Source: Myxococcales bacterium
GTDB lineage: Bacteria > Myxococcota_C > UBA6777
Assembly: GCA_020632975.1 (NCBI GenBank)
Contig: JACKEL010000012.1
Span: forward strand, 82,852-146,851
Direction of reading: 5' to 3'
Length of the DNA: 64,000 bases
The position numbers were made by a program, and so were the translations under genes. The notes beneath the pieces are model-generated. The model ran no database searches, had not been told where the DNA came from, and saw only the letters and a program-made list of their open reading frames with translations. The stretch's first letter is position 1. The number at the start of each line of letters is the position of its first letter. Of this stretch, positions 55,444 to 64,000 are shown one piece after another.

Positions 55444-57777
55444 TTAGCGGCTCGCGGGCTTGCTCGCGGGAGCAGCAGCGGGCTTGCTTACGGGAGCAGC
55501 GGGTTTCACTTCACGACGGGGAGCAGGTTTCGCTGCTTCACGGCGAGGCGCGGGCTTGTGGGTGCGCATGGCGGGCTTGGCTGCCTCACGACGGGGCGCG
55601 GGAGCAGCGGGGCGCGCAGCAGGCGTTGCAGTACGTGCAGCAGGTGCTTTTGCTTTGGGCTGACCTTTTGCAGAGTAGTGCATTTTTGCGAGCGCGGGAG
55701 CCGAAACCAAGGCGATAACGGTGATCAACTTGATCAAGATGTTGAGTGCGGGACCTGCGGTATCTTTGAAGGGGTCACCAACGGTGTCACCAGTGACAGC
55801 GGCTTTGTGGGGATCAGAGCCTTTTCCGCCGTGGTGACCTTTTTCGATGTACTTCTTCGCGTTGTCCCAAGCGCCACCAGCGTTGGACATGAAGAGTGCA
55901 ACGAGAACACCCGAAACGGTGACGCCTGCGAGGAGACCACCAAGAGCTTCCATGCTCCACACACCAACGATAACGGGTGCGAGAACAGCGAGAAGACCAG
56001 GAGCAACCATCTTGCGGATAGAAGCTTGGGTGGAGATGTCAACGCACTTTGCGTATTCAGCGACAGCACCGGGCTTACCCTCTTTGAGGCCGGGGATCTC
56101 ACGGAATTGGCGGCGAACTTCTTCGATCATGGCTTGTGCAGCTTCACCAACAGCGTCCATCGCGAGCGAGGAGAAGAGGAAGGGCAACATACCACCGATC
56201 AAGAGACCTGCCATGACGGAGGTGTCTGCGATGTTGAGGTCGAGGGGAGCGCCAGTGATCTTTTGGGTCACGGTACGGAAAGCCGCGAAGAGTGCGAGTG
56301 CGGTAAGTGCCGCAGAGCCGATCGCGAAACCTTTACCAATCGCCGCAGTGGTGTTACCGACAGCGTCGAGTTTGTCAGTACGTTCACGGACGTGTGCACC
56401 AAGTTCTGCCATCTCAGCAATACCACCAGCGTTGTCAGCGATGGGACCGTAAGCGTCAACCGCAAGTTGGATACCTGTAGTGGAAAGCATACCAAGAGCA
56501 GCGATCGCGATACCGTAGAGGCCAGCAGCGTTGTAGGACACGATGATCGCGATAACGATCACGAGGATGGGTGCTGCGGTGGACTGCATACCAACAGAAA
56601 GACCAGAGATGATGTTGGTTGCGGGGCCAGTTTCACTTTGCTTTGCGATCTTTTTGACGAAACCGTAGTCAAAAGAGGTGTAAAGCTCAGAGAGGAAGCC
56701 GATCGCGGTACCAGCCACAAGACCTGTGATCACGGAGAAGAAGACACCCCAGCGGGTGAAGTCAAAGCCCATGAGGTTGAGTTTTGCGGGGAGGAAGGTA
56801 CAGAGGACGAGTGTCGCAACACCCGTGCTCACCGCAGCAACCAAGGTTCCGAGGGTCAACGCCCATTGGGGGTTACCATCTTCAGTGGTTTTCACGAAGC
56901 GGGTTCCGCCGATCGACATCAAGATGCCGACGCCAGCGATGGCCAAGGGAAGAAGAACGGGGTAGAGCAACACGCGGTCGCTTTTTTGACCGGGGATGGT
57001 GATCGACGCAGCGAGAACCATCGCACCGATGATCGAACCAACATAAGATTCGAAGAGGTCCGCACCCATACCAGCAACGTCACCAACGTTGTCACCAACG
57101 TTATCAGCGATGGTTGCGGGGTTACGTGGGTCGTCTTCGGGGATGCCAGCTTCGACTTTACCGACGAGGTCAGCACCAACGTCAGCGGCTTTGGTATAGA
57201 TACCACCACCAACGCGAGCAAACAGAGCGATCGACGATGCACCGAGCGAGAAGCCGGAAACGACGGAAAGAAGGAGTTGCATACCGTTTGCGCTTTGGTA
57301 GTCGAAGACGACAGCAAAGAGACCGGTGAGCAAGCTGATTCCGACGAGACCCAAACCAGCCACGGACATACCCATGACGGTTCCACCTGCAAACGCAACT
57401 TCGAGTGCGTTGTTGAGGCTGTCGCGAGCGCGGGCAGCGGTACGGACGTTGGCTTTGGTTGCCACGGTCATCCCTGCATAGCCTGCACCAAAGGAGCAGA
57501 GTGCGCCAAACAAGAAAGAGACGGAGACCCAAGCGCTGGTATCGCCGCCGCCAAAGTTGGCCCACAAAAGGATCAAGAAGACTGCAAGGACGAACACGAG
57601 CAGAACTTGTGCTTCACGGCGGAGGAAGGCTTTCGCACCGTTCGAGATGTGTTCAGCGATCTCTTTCATGCGATCCGTTCCAGCGTCTTGTTGCTCAATC
57701 CACTGGCTACGGCCCCATGCAAAATAAAGGGCGGCAAACCCCAGCACAATACAGGCCAATATCAAAATCCAAAACAT
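55444..57777 (-). CDS. hppA: Membrane-bound proton/sodium-translocating pyrophosphatase with a Pro/Ala/Lys-rich tail of about 79 aa
   Basis: [68 protein letters not shown]. The tail is [17 protein letters not shown]...[11 protein letters not shown](x2)...SKPASR. Confidence 0.95.
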   Translation of the reverse strand: MFWILILACIVLGFAALYFAWGRSQWIEQQDAGTDRMKEIAEHISNGAKAFLRREAQVLLVFVLAVFLILLWANFGGGDTSAWVSVSFLFGALCSFGAGYAGMTVATKANVRTAARARDSLNNALEVAFAGGTVMGMSVAGLGLVGISLLTGLFAVVFDYQSANGMQLLLSVVSGFSLGASSIALFARVGGGIYTKAADVGADLVGKVEAGIPEDDPRNPATIADNVGDNVGDVAGMGADLFESYVGSIIGAMVLAASITIPGQKSDRVLLYPVLLPLAIAGVGILMSIGGTRFVKTTEDGNPQWALTLGTLVAAVSTGVATLVLCTFLPAKLNLMGFDFTRWGVFFSVITGLVAGTAIGFLSELYTSFDYGFVKKIAKQSETGPATNIISGLSVGMQSTAAPILVIVIAIIVSYNAAGLYGIAIAALGMLSTTGIQLAVDAYGPIADNAGGIAEMAELGAHVRERTDKLDAVGNTTAAIGKGFAIGSAALTALALFAAFRTVTQKITGAPLDLNIADTSVMAGLLIGGMLPFLFSSLAMDAVGEAAQAMIEEVRRQFREIPGLKEGKPGAVAEYAKCVDISTQASIRKMVAPGLLAVLAPVIVGVWSMEALGGLLAGVTVSGVLVALFMSNAGGAWDNAKKYIEKGHHGGKGSDPHKAAVTGDTVGDPFKDTAGPALNILIKLITVIALVSAPALAKMHYSAKGQPKAKAPAARTATPAARPAAPAPRREAAKPAMRTHKPAPRREAAKPAPRREVKPAAPVSKPAAAPASKPASR

Positions 57778-57943
57778 CGATCACTCCTGTTGATTGTTTG
57801 TTTCCATGCTCGTCGCTGGTTTCCCAGGCACGCCCTTCGGTGGGGAAGGGCGTCGTGTGAGTTTGTGACGCTACATTGGTATCTGTTTGGTGGAGAGTCC
57901 GGGAGGTTCGGACATCCGCCCAAGGGAAGCGAGATTTGGTCGC

Positions 57944-58519
57944 TTAGGGGGCTTTTTTTCGGTTCCACAGGTTCATGGCCTTGAGCAAACCTTCTCGCAG
58001 ACAACTTTCGAGCATCTCGGCGCTTTGTTCGATCAGCGCGGGGAGTTCGGTTTTTTGTTCTGTAGAGAAGGGGCTGAGCACAAAGTCCGCAACGGCGAGA
58101 TCTTCGTGATCAGGGCGCCCAATGCCAAAGCGCAGGCGAGTGTACTTGGGTGAGCCGAGTTCTGCGCTGATCGAGCGCAACCCACGGTGCCCACCGTCGC
58201 CTCCGCCTTGTTTGAGTCGGAGTTGGCCGAAGGGCAAGTCCAGCTCATCGTGGACCACCAGTACATGTTCTGGTGTGACCTGATAAAAAGAACAGATAGC
58301 AGCGACCGCTTGACCGCTCAGGTTCATGTAGGTTTGGGGTTGTACGAGCAGGGCGGGTTCGTTGTCAAGCGTTGTTTGTGAAATCAGTGCTTGAAAGCGA
58401 GACTTGGCTGCAGGAGCATGCCAACGTTGCCCCAATGCTTCGACCACTTGAAAGCCGATATTGTGGCGATCATTGGCGTAGCGTGTTCCTGGATTGCCCA
58501 ATCCGACGATCACCCACAT
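57944..58519 (-). CDS. pth: Peptidyl-tRNA hydrolase
   Basis: MWVIVGLGNPGTRYANDRHNIGF...VVHDELDLPFGQLRLK.GGG.GGHRGLRSI. It starts at the internal ATG (58517-58519). Confidence 0.9.
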   Translation of the reverse strand: MWVIVGLGNPGTRYANDRHNIGFQVVEALGQRWHAPAAKSRFQALISQTTLDNEPALLVQPQTYMNLSGQAVAAICSFYQVTPEHVLVVHDELDLPFGQLRLKQGGGDGGHRGLRSISAELGSPKYTRLRFGIGRPDHEDLAVADFVLSPFSTEQKTELPALIEQSAEMLESCLREGLLKAMNLWNRKKAP

Positions 58520-58562
58520 GAACGAGAGCCCTCTTTTACGAGCAGGGCGCACAAAGCGCGAC

Positions 58563-59120
58563 TTAGCCTTCGCTAACAGTGACGAGGGCGAGATCGTTTC
58601 CACCCACCACAGAAACGCCTTCTGCGAAGCCGAGATCTGCAACGGTGAATTTGGAAGCGAGGCCCAAGCCCGAGATGTCAACGGTGCTGTCTGTGGGGAT
58701 CAATGCGGGCAAACATTCCACGGTCAGTTTGGTGTGGAGGATCTCAACCACACCACCAAGCGCTGCACCAGCAGGCTTACCTGTGAAGGTTACCTTGATG
58801 GTTGCTTGGACGGGTTTGTTTTGATCCACGATCGCAAAGTCTGCGTGGATGGGGCTGCGGTTCAGCGCGTTACGCTGCATCTCACGAAGCATCACGGTTT
58901 GCTCATGGAGGGGGCCGTGTTCGCTCTGAAGCGTCAAAAGCGTGTTTTTGCCTTTGTTGCGGAGCTGCTTGAGCAGTTCAACAGGATCGACAGAGAAGTG
59001 GATGGGAGCGTTTCCACCTGCATACGCAAGAGCGGGGATCTGCCCTTGCTTGCGGATGTTACGTGCGGCACTTTTGCCAGTTTCGGTACGATGTGTGACG
59101 GACAAGATCACCTGTTCCAT
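58563..59120 (-). CDS. rplY: 50S ribosomal protein L25 / general stress protein Ctc (long form)
   Basis: RTETGKSAARNIRKQGQIPALAYAGG...P.HF. It lies immediately upstream of pth, which is the canonical ctc-pth order. Confidence 0.9.
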   Translation of the reverse strand: MEQVILSVTHRTETGKSAARNIRKQGQIPALAYAGGNAPIHFSVDPVELLKQLRNKGKNTLLTLQSEHGPLHEQTVMLREMQRNALNRSPIHADFAIVDQNKPVQATIKVTFTGKPAGAALGGVVEILHTKLTVECLPALIPTDSTVDISGLGLASKFTVADLGFAEGVSVVGGNDLALVTVSEG

Positions 59121-59410
59121 GACTCGATGGTCTCCTTACAAGATTCGCAACTTACAAGCCTGTGAGACTTTCCGCACCCTAGAGAGGCGTTTGTCGGCGA
59201 ATCTCGCCGTACCAAGGGAGAGTGTGGAGACCCATACAGGCGGGTTATCTTGGATGATGGCTCACTCAGGCAAGTAACTCGACCGAGGAAGCACAGTGAG
59301 AGGGGCGAGAGGATAGTGAATTTTTTATTGGATTGCAAGTATATTTTCGCAAGGTTGGATCTTTTCCAGTGCGGGCTGGGTTTCTGGCTAGATCCGCCAG
59401 AAAAAAGGCA

Positions 59411-59446
59411 AAAAAAAACCTGACAAGGGATTTGTCAGGTTTTTTT
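59411..59446 (-). terminator. Bidirectional intrinsic terminator 3' of tRNA-Gln
   Basis: A perfect 9-bp stem, acctgacaa (59418-59426) with ttgtcaggt (59432-59440), and a 5-nt loop. An A8 run and a T7 run flank it. Confidence 0.7.
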
Positions 59447-59463
59447 GGGGGGGGATTGTTTTT

Positions 59464-59535
59464 CTGAGGCGCTAGGATTCGAACCTAGGAATACCGGAAC
59501 CAAAACCCGGTGGCTTACCACTTGCCGACGCCCCA
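59464..59535 (-). tRNA. tRNA-Gln (anticodon UUG), no encoded CCA
   Basis: The minus strand folds as UGGGGCG UC GGC AAGUGGUAA GCC A CCGGG UUUUGGU UCCGG UAUUC CUAGG UUCGAAU CCUAG CGCCUCA G. It is a full cloverleaf with U1-A72, as in E. coli tRNA-Gln. It aligns position by position with my recollection of E. coli tRNA-Gln. Confidence 0.9.
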
Positions 59536-59573
59536 ACGCGCCACAACTTGTTCAGTTGCGATCACGGTGTGTG

Positions 59574-59602
59574 TATATAATCTACAGTTTTCTAGTTGTC
59601 AA
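59574..59602 (-). promoter_or_regulatory. Near-consensus sigma-70 promoter about 40 nt upstream of tRNA-Gln, inside the last codons of spoVG
   Basis: The minus strand reads TTGACA (59597-59602), 17-nt spacer, TATATA (59574-59579). Confidence 0.55.
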
Positions 59603-59897
59603 CATCAAGTTGTGATGTATTTGAGTCTGAAGGGATTTTTCCTGCTGCGGCCTCTTTTTCATAGGCATCGAGGATGGTTTGTTCCATCTGTTGACGTGTG
59701 TCGCTGTTGAGGGGGTGAGCGATATCTTTGAAGGTGCCGTCTTTGGTCTTTTTGCTCGGCATCGCAACAAACATACCTGTTTTCCCTTGGATGATCTTGA
59801 GATCGCGCACAATAAAGCAGTCATCCAATGTGATCGTGACGTATGCTTTGAGCTTGTCTTCTTGGACGGGGAAGATTTTAACTTCAGTGATCTCCAT
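59592..59897 (-). CDS. spoVG: SpoVG-family protein
   Basis: MEITEVKIFPVQEDKLKAYVTITLDDCFIVRDLKIIQGKTGMFVAMPSKKTKDGTFKDIAHP. Confidence 0.9.
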   Translation of the reverse strand: MEITEVKIFPVQEDKLKAYVTITLDDCFIVRDLKIIQGKTGMFVAMPSKKTKDGTFKDIAHPLNSDTRQQMEQTILDAYEKEAAAGKIPSDSNTSQLDVDN

Positions 59898-60174
59898 CTG
59901 CGTTCCTTTCTACGCTCCGCCAGAGCTGCTTTCCCACGATCACATTCGTGGCCCGAGTTGTGGGCTTCAAGGGAGAGGCTTCAGGGTACGCGCTGGGCGG
60001 TATTGACTGTGATACAGTTCAGTTGCAAGCGCAAGGGTCTAGCACAAAGTCAGCGCTTTGGCAACATCTACTTTTTGCGCAATAAGCCAACGTTTTGAAA
60101 CATAAGATGTCGAGAAAAGGCAAGCACAATTTTTGGTGCTTGAACAGTGGGGGACAAGCACAAGTCACTTATGT

Positions 60175-61548
60175 CTAGATGCTGTCGTCTTTCTCTTGAG
60201 AAGGGGAGGTACGTAAGAGTCCATGTAATTTTTGGATGAGGATCTCTTGTTCATGGTCGTTTTGGAGCGCCTCACGCAAGAGATTTTCTTTCAAGTTGGA
60301 GGTGAAACGCGCGAGTTCTTGGGACTGATCGCTGTAGCGAGTGTCTGCATGGATCAGGTTTTGAAACACCCTTGCTTCGAGCGCATCGCGGTCTAGGTGC
60401 CCGGACTCATCGCGTGGGTACTCTTCGTCTGGGGTGTACTCAAGGGGCTGTGTGTCATTGGAAAATCGCACATATTCGAGGGACAACATCTCTGAAAGTT
60501 GGGACTCTAGATCTGAGATCGAGATGCTTGAAAAAGGAAAGCTCAAGATCCCTGTGAGATACACATGAAGAACGGGGGCGGGCATGTCGATATCGCTCGG
60601 CCAGTTCTCTTTTTCGTGACGGATCTTGGCAGCGCCTTCTTGTTGGGCGATCTGAAGCACGCCTTCCAAAAGCATCTCGGGGGTCATGTAGCGTTCGCAG
60701 TCGCAAAACAACGTAATGAAGGGACGTTTGAGGTAGTCTTGGTGATGTGTGACATGCAAACTCATGTCTTCCAAATGGATCTCGCCAATGTACGCTCCAT
60801 GGGGCTCATCGTACTCGCGAGACTTGCTGACTTCGAGGCTGCCTGGGTTAAAGAGCCAGTTTTGCATACTGTACTGTTTGTGGATGTGCCCCAAAGCGAG
60901 GTACTGCACGCAAGGCCGCAGGGCCAACATCACTTCGTAATCAACGCCTCCTGAGAGCTCGTTGACATGGGTGCTGAGACCGCCATGGAACATCATGATA
61001 TTGAATGGCTTGGGGGGGAGGGCTTCGATGGCTTCGCGGAATCGGTCGATCACGACGTGAGAAGATGCACCATACCAATGTGATCCGATCACGCGTACAT
61101 GTTCGTTGACGTCGTAGTATCCGCCTCTTCGCTCGTCTTCGTCCCAAGGGGATAAATGGATCGCGCGATCTCGAAGATCATCGCGCAAAAAGATCATCAT
61201 GCCTTCGCCACACAAAAAGTCGTACCAACAAGGGCTTTGATCGCGCTTTCGTGCATCGTGGTTGCCCTCGATGGCAAAGACGGGGATGCCTTCGTCGCGG
61301 AGGAGCGCAAGGACCGCTGTAGCACGTGACAAGGTCACAGGTTCGATCTGGCGACTGTCGAAGAGATCACCCGCGATCAAGACAAAGTCCACTTGAGGTG
61401 GGTCGCCTTCTTCGAGGGGCAGTGCGTAGCGACAGATCGCATCTTCAAAAGAGAGGAAGAAATCGCGCTCGCGCTGGGTTAGGTTGTATTGGCGGTAACC
61501 AAGATGGACGTCGGCGATATGGAGAAAACGGATCGTTTGGCCCGACAA
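60175..61548 (-). CDS. SbcD/Mre11-like metallophosphoesterase nuclease with an unrecognised C-terminal half
   Basis: IRFLHIADVHLG, FVLIAGDLFD, FAIEGNHD, MFHGG, LGHIH. The TTG start (61546-61548) lies about 6 nt after AAGGAGG. Confidence 0.8.
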   Translation of the reverse strand: MSGQTIRFLHIADVHLGYRQYNLTQRERDFFLSFEDAICRYALPLEEGDPPQVDFVLIAGDLFDSRQIEPVTLSRATAVLALLRDEGIPVFAIEGNHDARKRDQSPCWYDFLCGEGMMIFLRDDLRDRAIHLSPWDEDERRGGYYDVNEHVRVIGSHWYGASSHVVIDRFREAIEALPPKPFNIMMFHGGLSTHVNELSGGVDYEVMLALRPCVQYLALGHIHKQYSMQNWLFNPGSLEVSKSREYDEPHGAYIGEIHLEDMSLHVTHHQDYLKRPFITLFCDCERYMTPEMLLEGVLQIAQQEGAAKIRHEKENWPSDIDMPAPVLHVYLTGILSFPFSSISISDLESQLSEMLSLEYVRFSNDTQPLEYTPDEEYPRDESGHLDRDALEARVFQNLIHADTRYSDQSQELARFTSNLKENLLREALQNDHEQEILIQKLHGLLRTSPSQEKDDSI

Positions 61549-61719
61549 GGATATCCTCCTTTGTGTAAGTGGCTAGGCGAGGGCGGCTCTGGCTTGACGT
61601 GTGGTGCAAATCCGTGCATCTTGCCTGCCATCTTTACGGCTTGTACAGCGGTGCTTCTTGTCTTTGAGCGTGTGCCGCGATGCTTTGCTTTCCTCTTTTT
61701 TGGATGGAGGTCTTGTTTG

Positions 61720-64000
61720 ATGCGTCTGCGTTGGTTTGTCTTCGTCACCCTATTTATGATGGGTTGTAAAGACCCTTACTCCCTTGAAGGTGCGCCCAAA
61801 AGCGCTCCTAGCCAGACTTATGGCTCCCTTCAAGATGTGTACAAAGAGAAGAAGTTTAGTCTCAAGACCAAAGCACCCGAGGTCTGGAAAATACCGCTTG
61901 GAAAGGCACCTCGCAAGGGCGATAACAACGCGCTTGTGACCGTCGTCGAGTTTTCGGACTTTGAGTGTCCTTTCTGTTCTCGTGGGGCCAACACCCTTGC
62001 CAAGCTTGAAAAGCAGTACAAAGGCAAGGTGCGTTACGTGTTTAAGCACTTCCCCTTGAGCTTCCACCAAAATGCACACCTCGCTTCGCAGGCTTCTATC
62101 GAAGCGCAGCGCCAAGGTAAGTTTTGGGAGTACCACGATAAGCTCTTCGCCAACCAACGCAAGCTCAAACGACGCGACCTGCTTCGTTATGCCCGTGAGA
62201 TCGGCCTGGATATGAAGCGCTTTGAAGCTGCGTTGAAAAAGAAAACGCATGCGGCTGAAGTTGATGAAGACATGAAACTTGGCGCATCCGTTGGGGTTCA
62301 AGGAACACCCACCGCGTTCGTCAACGGTCGTCAAGCCAGCGCGCTGACCGAAAATGATGTAAAGACCCTCATCGACGATGAGTTGGAGCGTGTCAAAGAG
62401 CAGGTCAAAAAAGGACTTCGCGGTGATGCCCTCTACAACGCCTTGATCGAAAAAGGTAAGCAAAAAGACGCGGCACCCCCACCACGCGCCAAAGAAGCCG
62501 AAGAAGAAAAGCCCAAAGTGATCGCCGTTGGCGAGGCACCTACCCTCGGACCCGACGATGCGCCCGTGACCATCGTTGAGTTTTCGGACTTTGAGTGTCC
62601 CTACTGTGTGCGTGGTGCCCAAGCTGTGAAGAAAGTCGCACGCGCTTACAAAAACAAAGTGCGCTTGGTGTTTAAACACTATCCTTTGAGCTTCCACTTT
62701 GCCGCAAAAGGCGCAGCGATCGCAGCGATGGCTGCCCACCAGCAAGGCAAGTTTTGGGAGTTCCACGACATGCTTTTCGCTGGACAAAAGAACCTTTCTC
62801 GTCCTTCTTTGCTCTCGTATGCTCGGGCGCTTGAGTTGGATATGGACAGCTTTACAAGCGCGCTCGACTCCACTTCGCTCAAAGTCTATGTGGACGAGGA
62901 TATGCGCCAAGGTAACAACGTTGGCGTTCGCGGTACGCCCACCTTCTTTATCAACGGCATCAAGCTCAGCAGTGGCTTGTCTTTCTCTGCGTTCAAAGAA
63001 GCGATCGATCCGATCTTGTTGAAGAAGGGCTTCAAACAGTCCGATCTGCCCGACGAGCCCGGCGAAGAGATCGCGATCGAAAGCTCACCCTCAAAAGGTG
63101 CAGAGCAACCCCTCGCTACGGTCGTGGAGTACTCGGACTTTGAGTGTCCTTTCTGCTCTCGTGCAGCAAGCACCCTTTCTGCTTTGGCCGCGGACTACAA
63201 AAAATATGTGAAGTTTGTGTTCAAGCACTACCCCTTGAGCTTCCACAAAAATGCACACCTTGCTTCGCAAGCGGCCATCGCTGCGCAAGAACAAGGCAAG
63301 TTTTGGCCTTACCACGACAAACTCTTTGCCAACCAACGCAATCTCAAACGACCTGATCTCGAACGCTACGCCCAAGAGCTTGGTCTCGATATGGACAAGT
63401 TCAAAAAAGCCCTTGATACGGGAATCTACAAAGCTCGCGTCGATCTTGAGATGGCTTCAGGATCGCGCGTGGGTGTAAGCGGTACGCCTACCTTCTTTAT
63501 CAATGGCAAAAAGGCCGAAGGCGCGGACTACAAAGCACTTTCCAAGTCGCTGAATGCGATCTTGCTCAAAAAAGGCGTTGCAGCGGGCGACTTGCCTTCT
63601 TCGACAGAGATCCCCCTCAAAGGAACACCTTGGAAGGGCGCAGCCAAACCCCTTGCGACTGTCGTCGAGTTTTCGGACTTCCAATGTCCTTTCTGTTCGA
63701 GAGCTGCCAATACCCTGAAAAAACTCGAAAAGACCTATGGTCGCTACGTGAAGTTTGCGTTTAAGCACTACCCCTTGAGCTTTCACAAAGATGCGCATCT
63801 TGCGTCGCAAGCGGCCATGGCTGCACAAGCACAAGGCAAGTTCTGGCCCTACCACGACAAACTCTTCGCGAACCAACGCAATCTCAAACGACCCGATCTC
63901 GATCGCTACGCCCAAGAGCTTGGCCTTGATATGGACAAGTTCAAAAAAGCCCTTGATTCGGGCGAATACAAAGACGACGTCGATGTCGATATGAATGTGG
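61720..64000 (+). CDS. Lipoprotein with at least 4 tandem DsbA-like thioredoxin-fold domains (partial, runs off the right edge)
   Basis: GGAGG precedes the ATG at 61720. MRLRWFVFVTLFMMGC contains a lipobox. The frame is open to nt 64000. CxxC motifs: CPFC 61966-61977, CPYC 62596-62607, CPFC 63145-63156, CPFC 63685-63696. Each sits in (V)EFSDF(E/Q)CP(F/Y)C...KH(F/Y)PLSFH...QGKFW..HD.LF...G(V/T)PTFF(I/V)NG. It is absent from the ORF track because there is no stop in the window. Confidence 0.85.
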   Translation, partial: MRLRWFVFVTLFMMGCKDPYSLEGAPKSAPSQTYGSLQDVYKEKKFSLKTKAPEVWKIPLGKAPRKGDNNALVTVVEFSDFECPFCSRGANTLAKLEKQYKGKVRYVFKHFPLSFHQNAHLASQASIEAQRQGKFWEYHDKLFANQRKLKRRDLLRYAREIGLDMKRFEAALKKKTHAAEVDEDMKLGASVGVQGTPTAFVNGRQASALTENDVKTLIDDELERVKEQVKKGLRGDALYNALIEKGKQKDAAPPPRAKEAEEEKPKVIAVGEAPTLGPDDAPVTIVEFSDFECPYCVRGAQAVKKVARAYKNKVRLVFKHYPLSFHFAAKGAAIAAMAAHQQGKFWEFHDMLFAGQKNLSRPSLLSYARALELDMDSFTSALDSTSLKVYVDEDMRQGNNVGVRGTPTFFINGIKLSSGLSFSAFKEAIDPILLKKGFKQSDLPDEPGEEIAIESSPSKGAEQPLATVVEYSDFECPFCSRAASTLSALAADYKKYVKFVFKHYPLSFHKNAHLASQAAIAAQEQGKFWPYHDKLFANQRNLKRPDLERYAQELGLDMDKFKKALDTGIYKARVDLEMASGSRVGVSGTPTFFINGKKAEGADYKALSKSLNAILLKKGVAAGDLPSSTEIPLKGTPWKGAAKPLATVVEFSDFQCPFCSRAANTLKKLEKTYGRYVKFAFKHYPLSFHKDAHLASQAAMAAQAQGKFWPYHDKLFANQRNLKRPDLDRYAQELGLDMDKFKKALDSGEYKDDVDVDMNV

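Noticed and set aside
55336-57984. 882-aa plus-strand ORF
   Set aside because: It is antisense to the membrane pyrophosphatase gene, and its translation has no membrane or enzyme character.
61750-63915. Minus-strand ORFs 61750..62910 (386 aa), 63091..63375 and 63457..63915
   Set aside because: They are antisense shadows of the open-ended multi-DsbA gene. The plus-strand frame carries four CxxC thioredoxin signatures and a lipoprotein signal.

Overview
This 64-kb chromosomal window comes from a moderately GC-rich bacterium. The lineage is probably Myxococcota or a close relative. The evidence is a MYXO-CTERM-like sorting tail, MopE-like Cys/Asp repeats, a Ser/Thr kinase with a PP2C phosphatase, and many lipoproteins. 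I support about 50 protein genes and one tRNA.

Most genes are housekeeping: mtnA, aconitase, HU, lipB, folC, hemD, hemL, dnaB, rplI, rpsF, a membrane pyrophosphatase, pth, L25/Ctc, spoVG and tRNA-Gln.

Non-standard content, in window order:
1. A 1124-aa secreted, basic protein built from about 28 tandem four-cysteine modules that I cannot assign to a known family.
2. A 22-bp palindromic REP-like element family present at three loci, plus one terminator variant.
3. A promoter-to-terminator unit of about 590 nt with no credible ORF and UUCG/GNRA-capped hairpins. It is a candidate structured ncRNA whose class I could not identify.
4. An FkbM methyltransferase gene with one in-frame TAG.
5. An archaeal/eukaryal-type XPB helicase gene next to a DUF790/Bax1-like gene.
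6. A low-GC island of about 3.2 kb (about 38% GC on sampled lines, against 55-65% in flanking genes). It encodes an ankyrin protein, a divergent ECF-like sigma candidate and a protein with no recognisable domain. This is my best candidate for an undescribed module.
7. A lipoprotein with at least four tandem DsbA-like domains. It runs off the right edge and is absent from the supplied ORF track.

I saw no CRISPR array, rRNA, transposase or integrase. All family assignments are by-eye motif recognition, and no searches were run.
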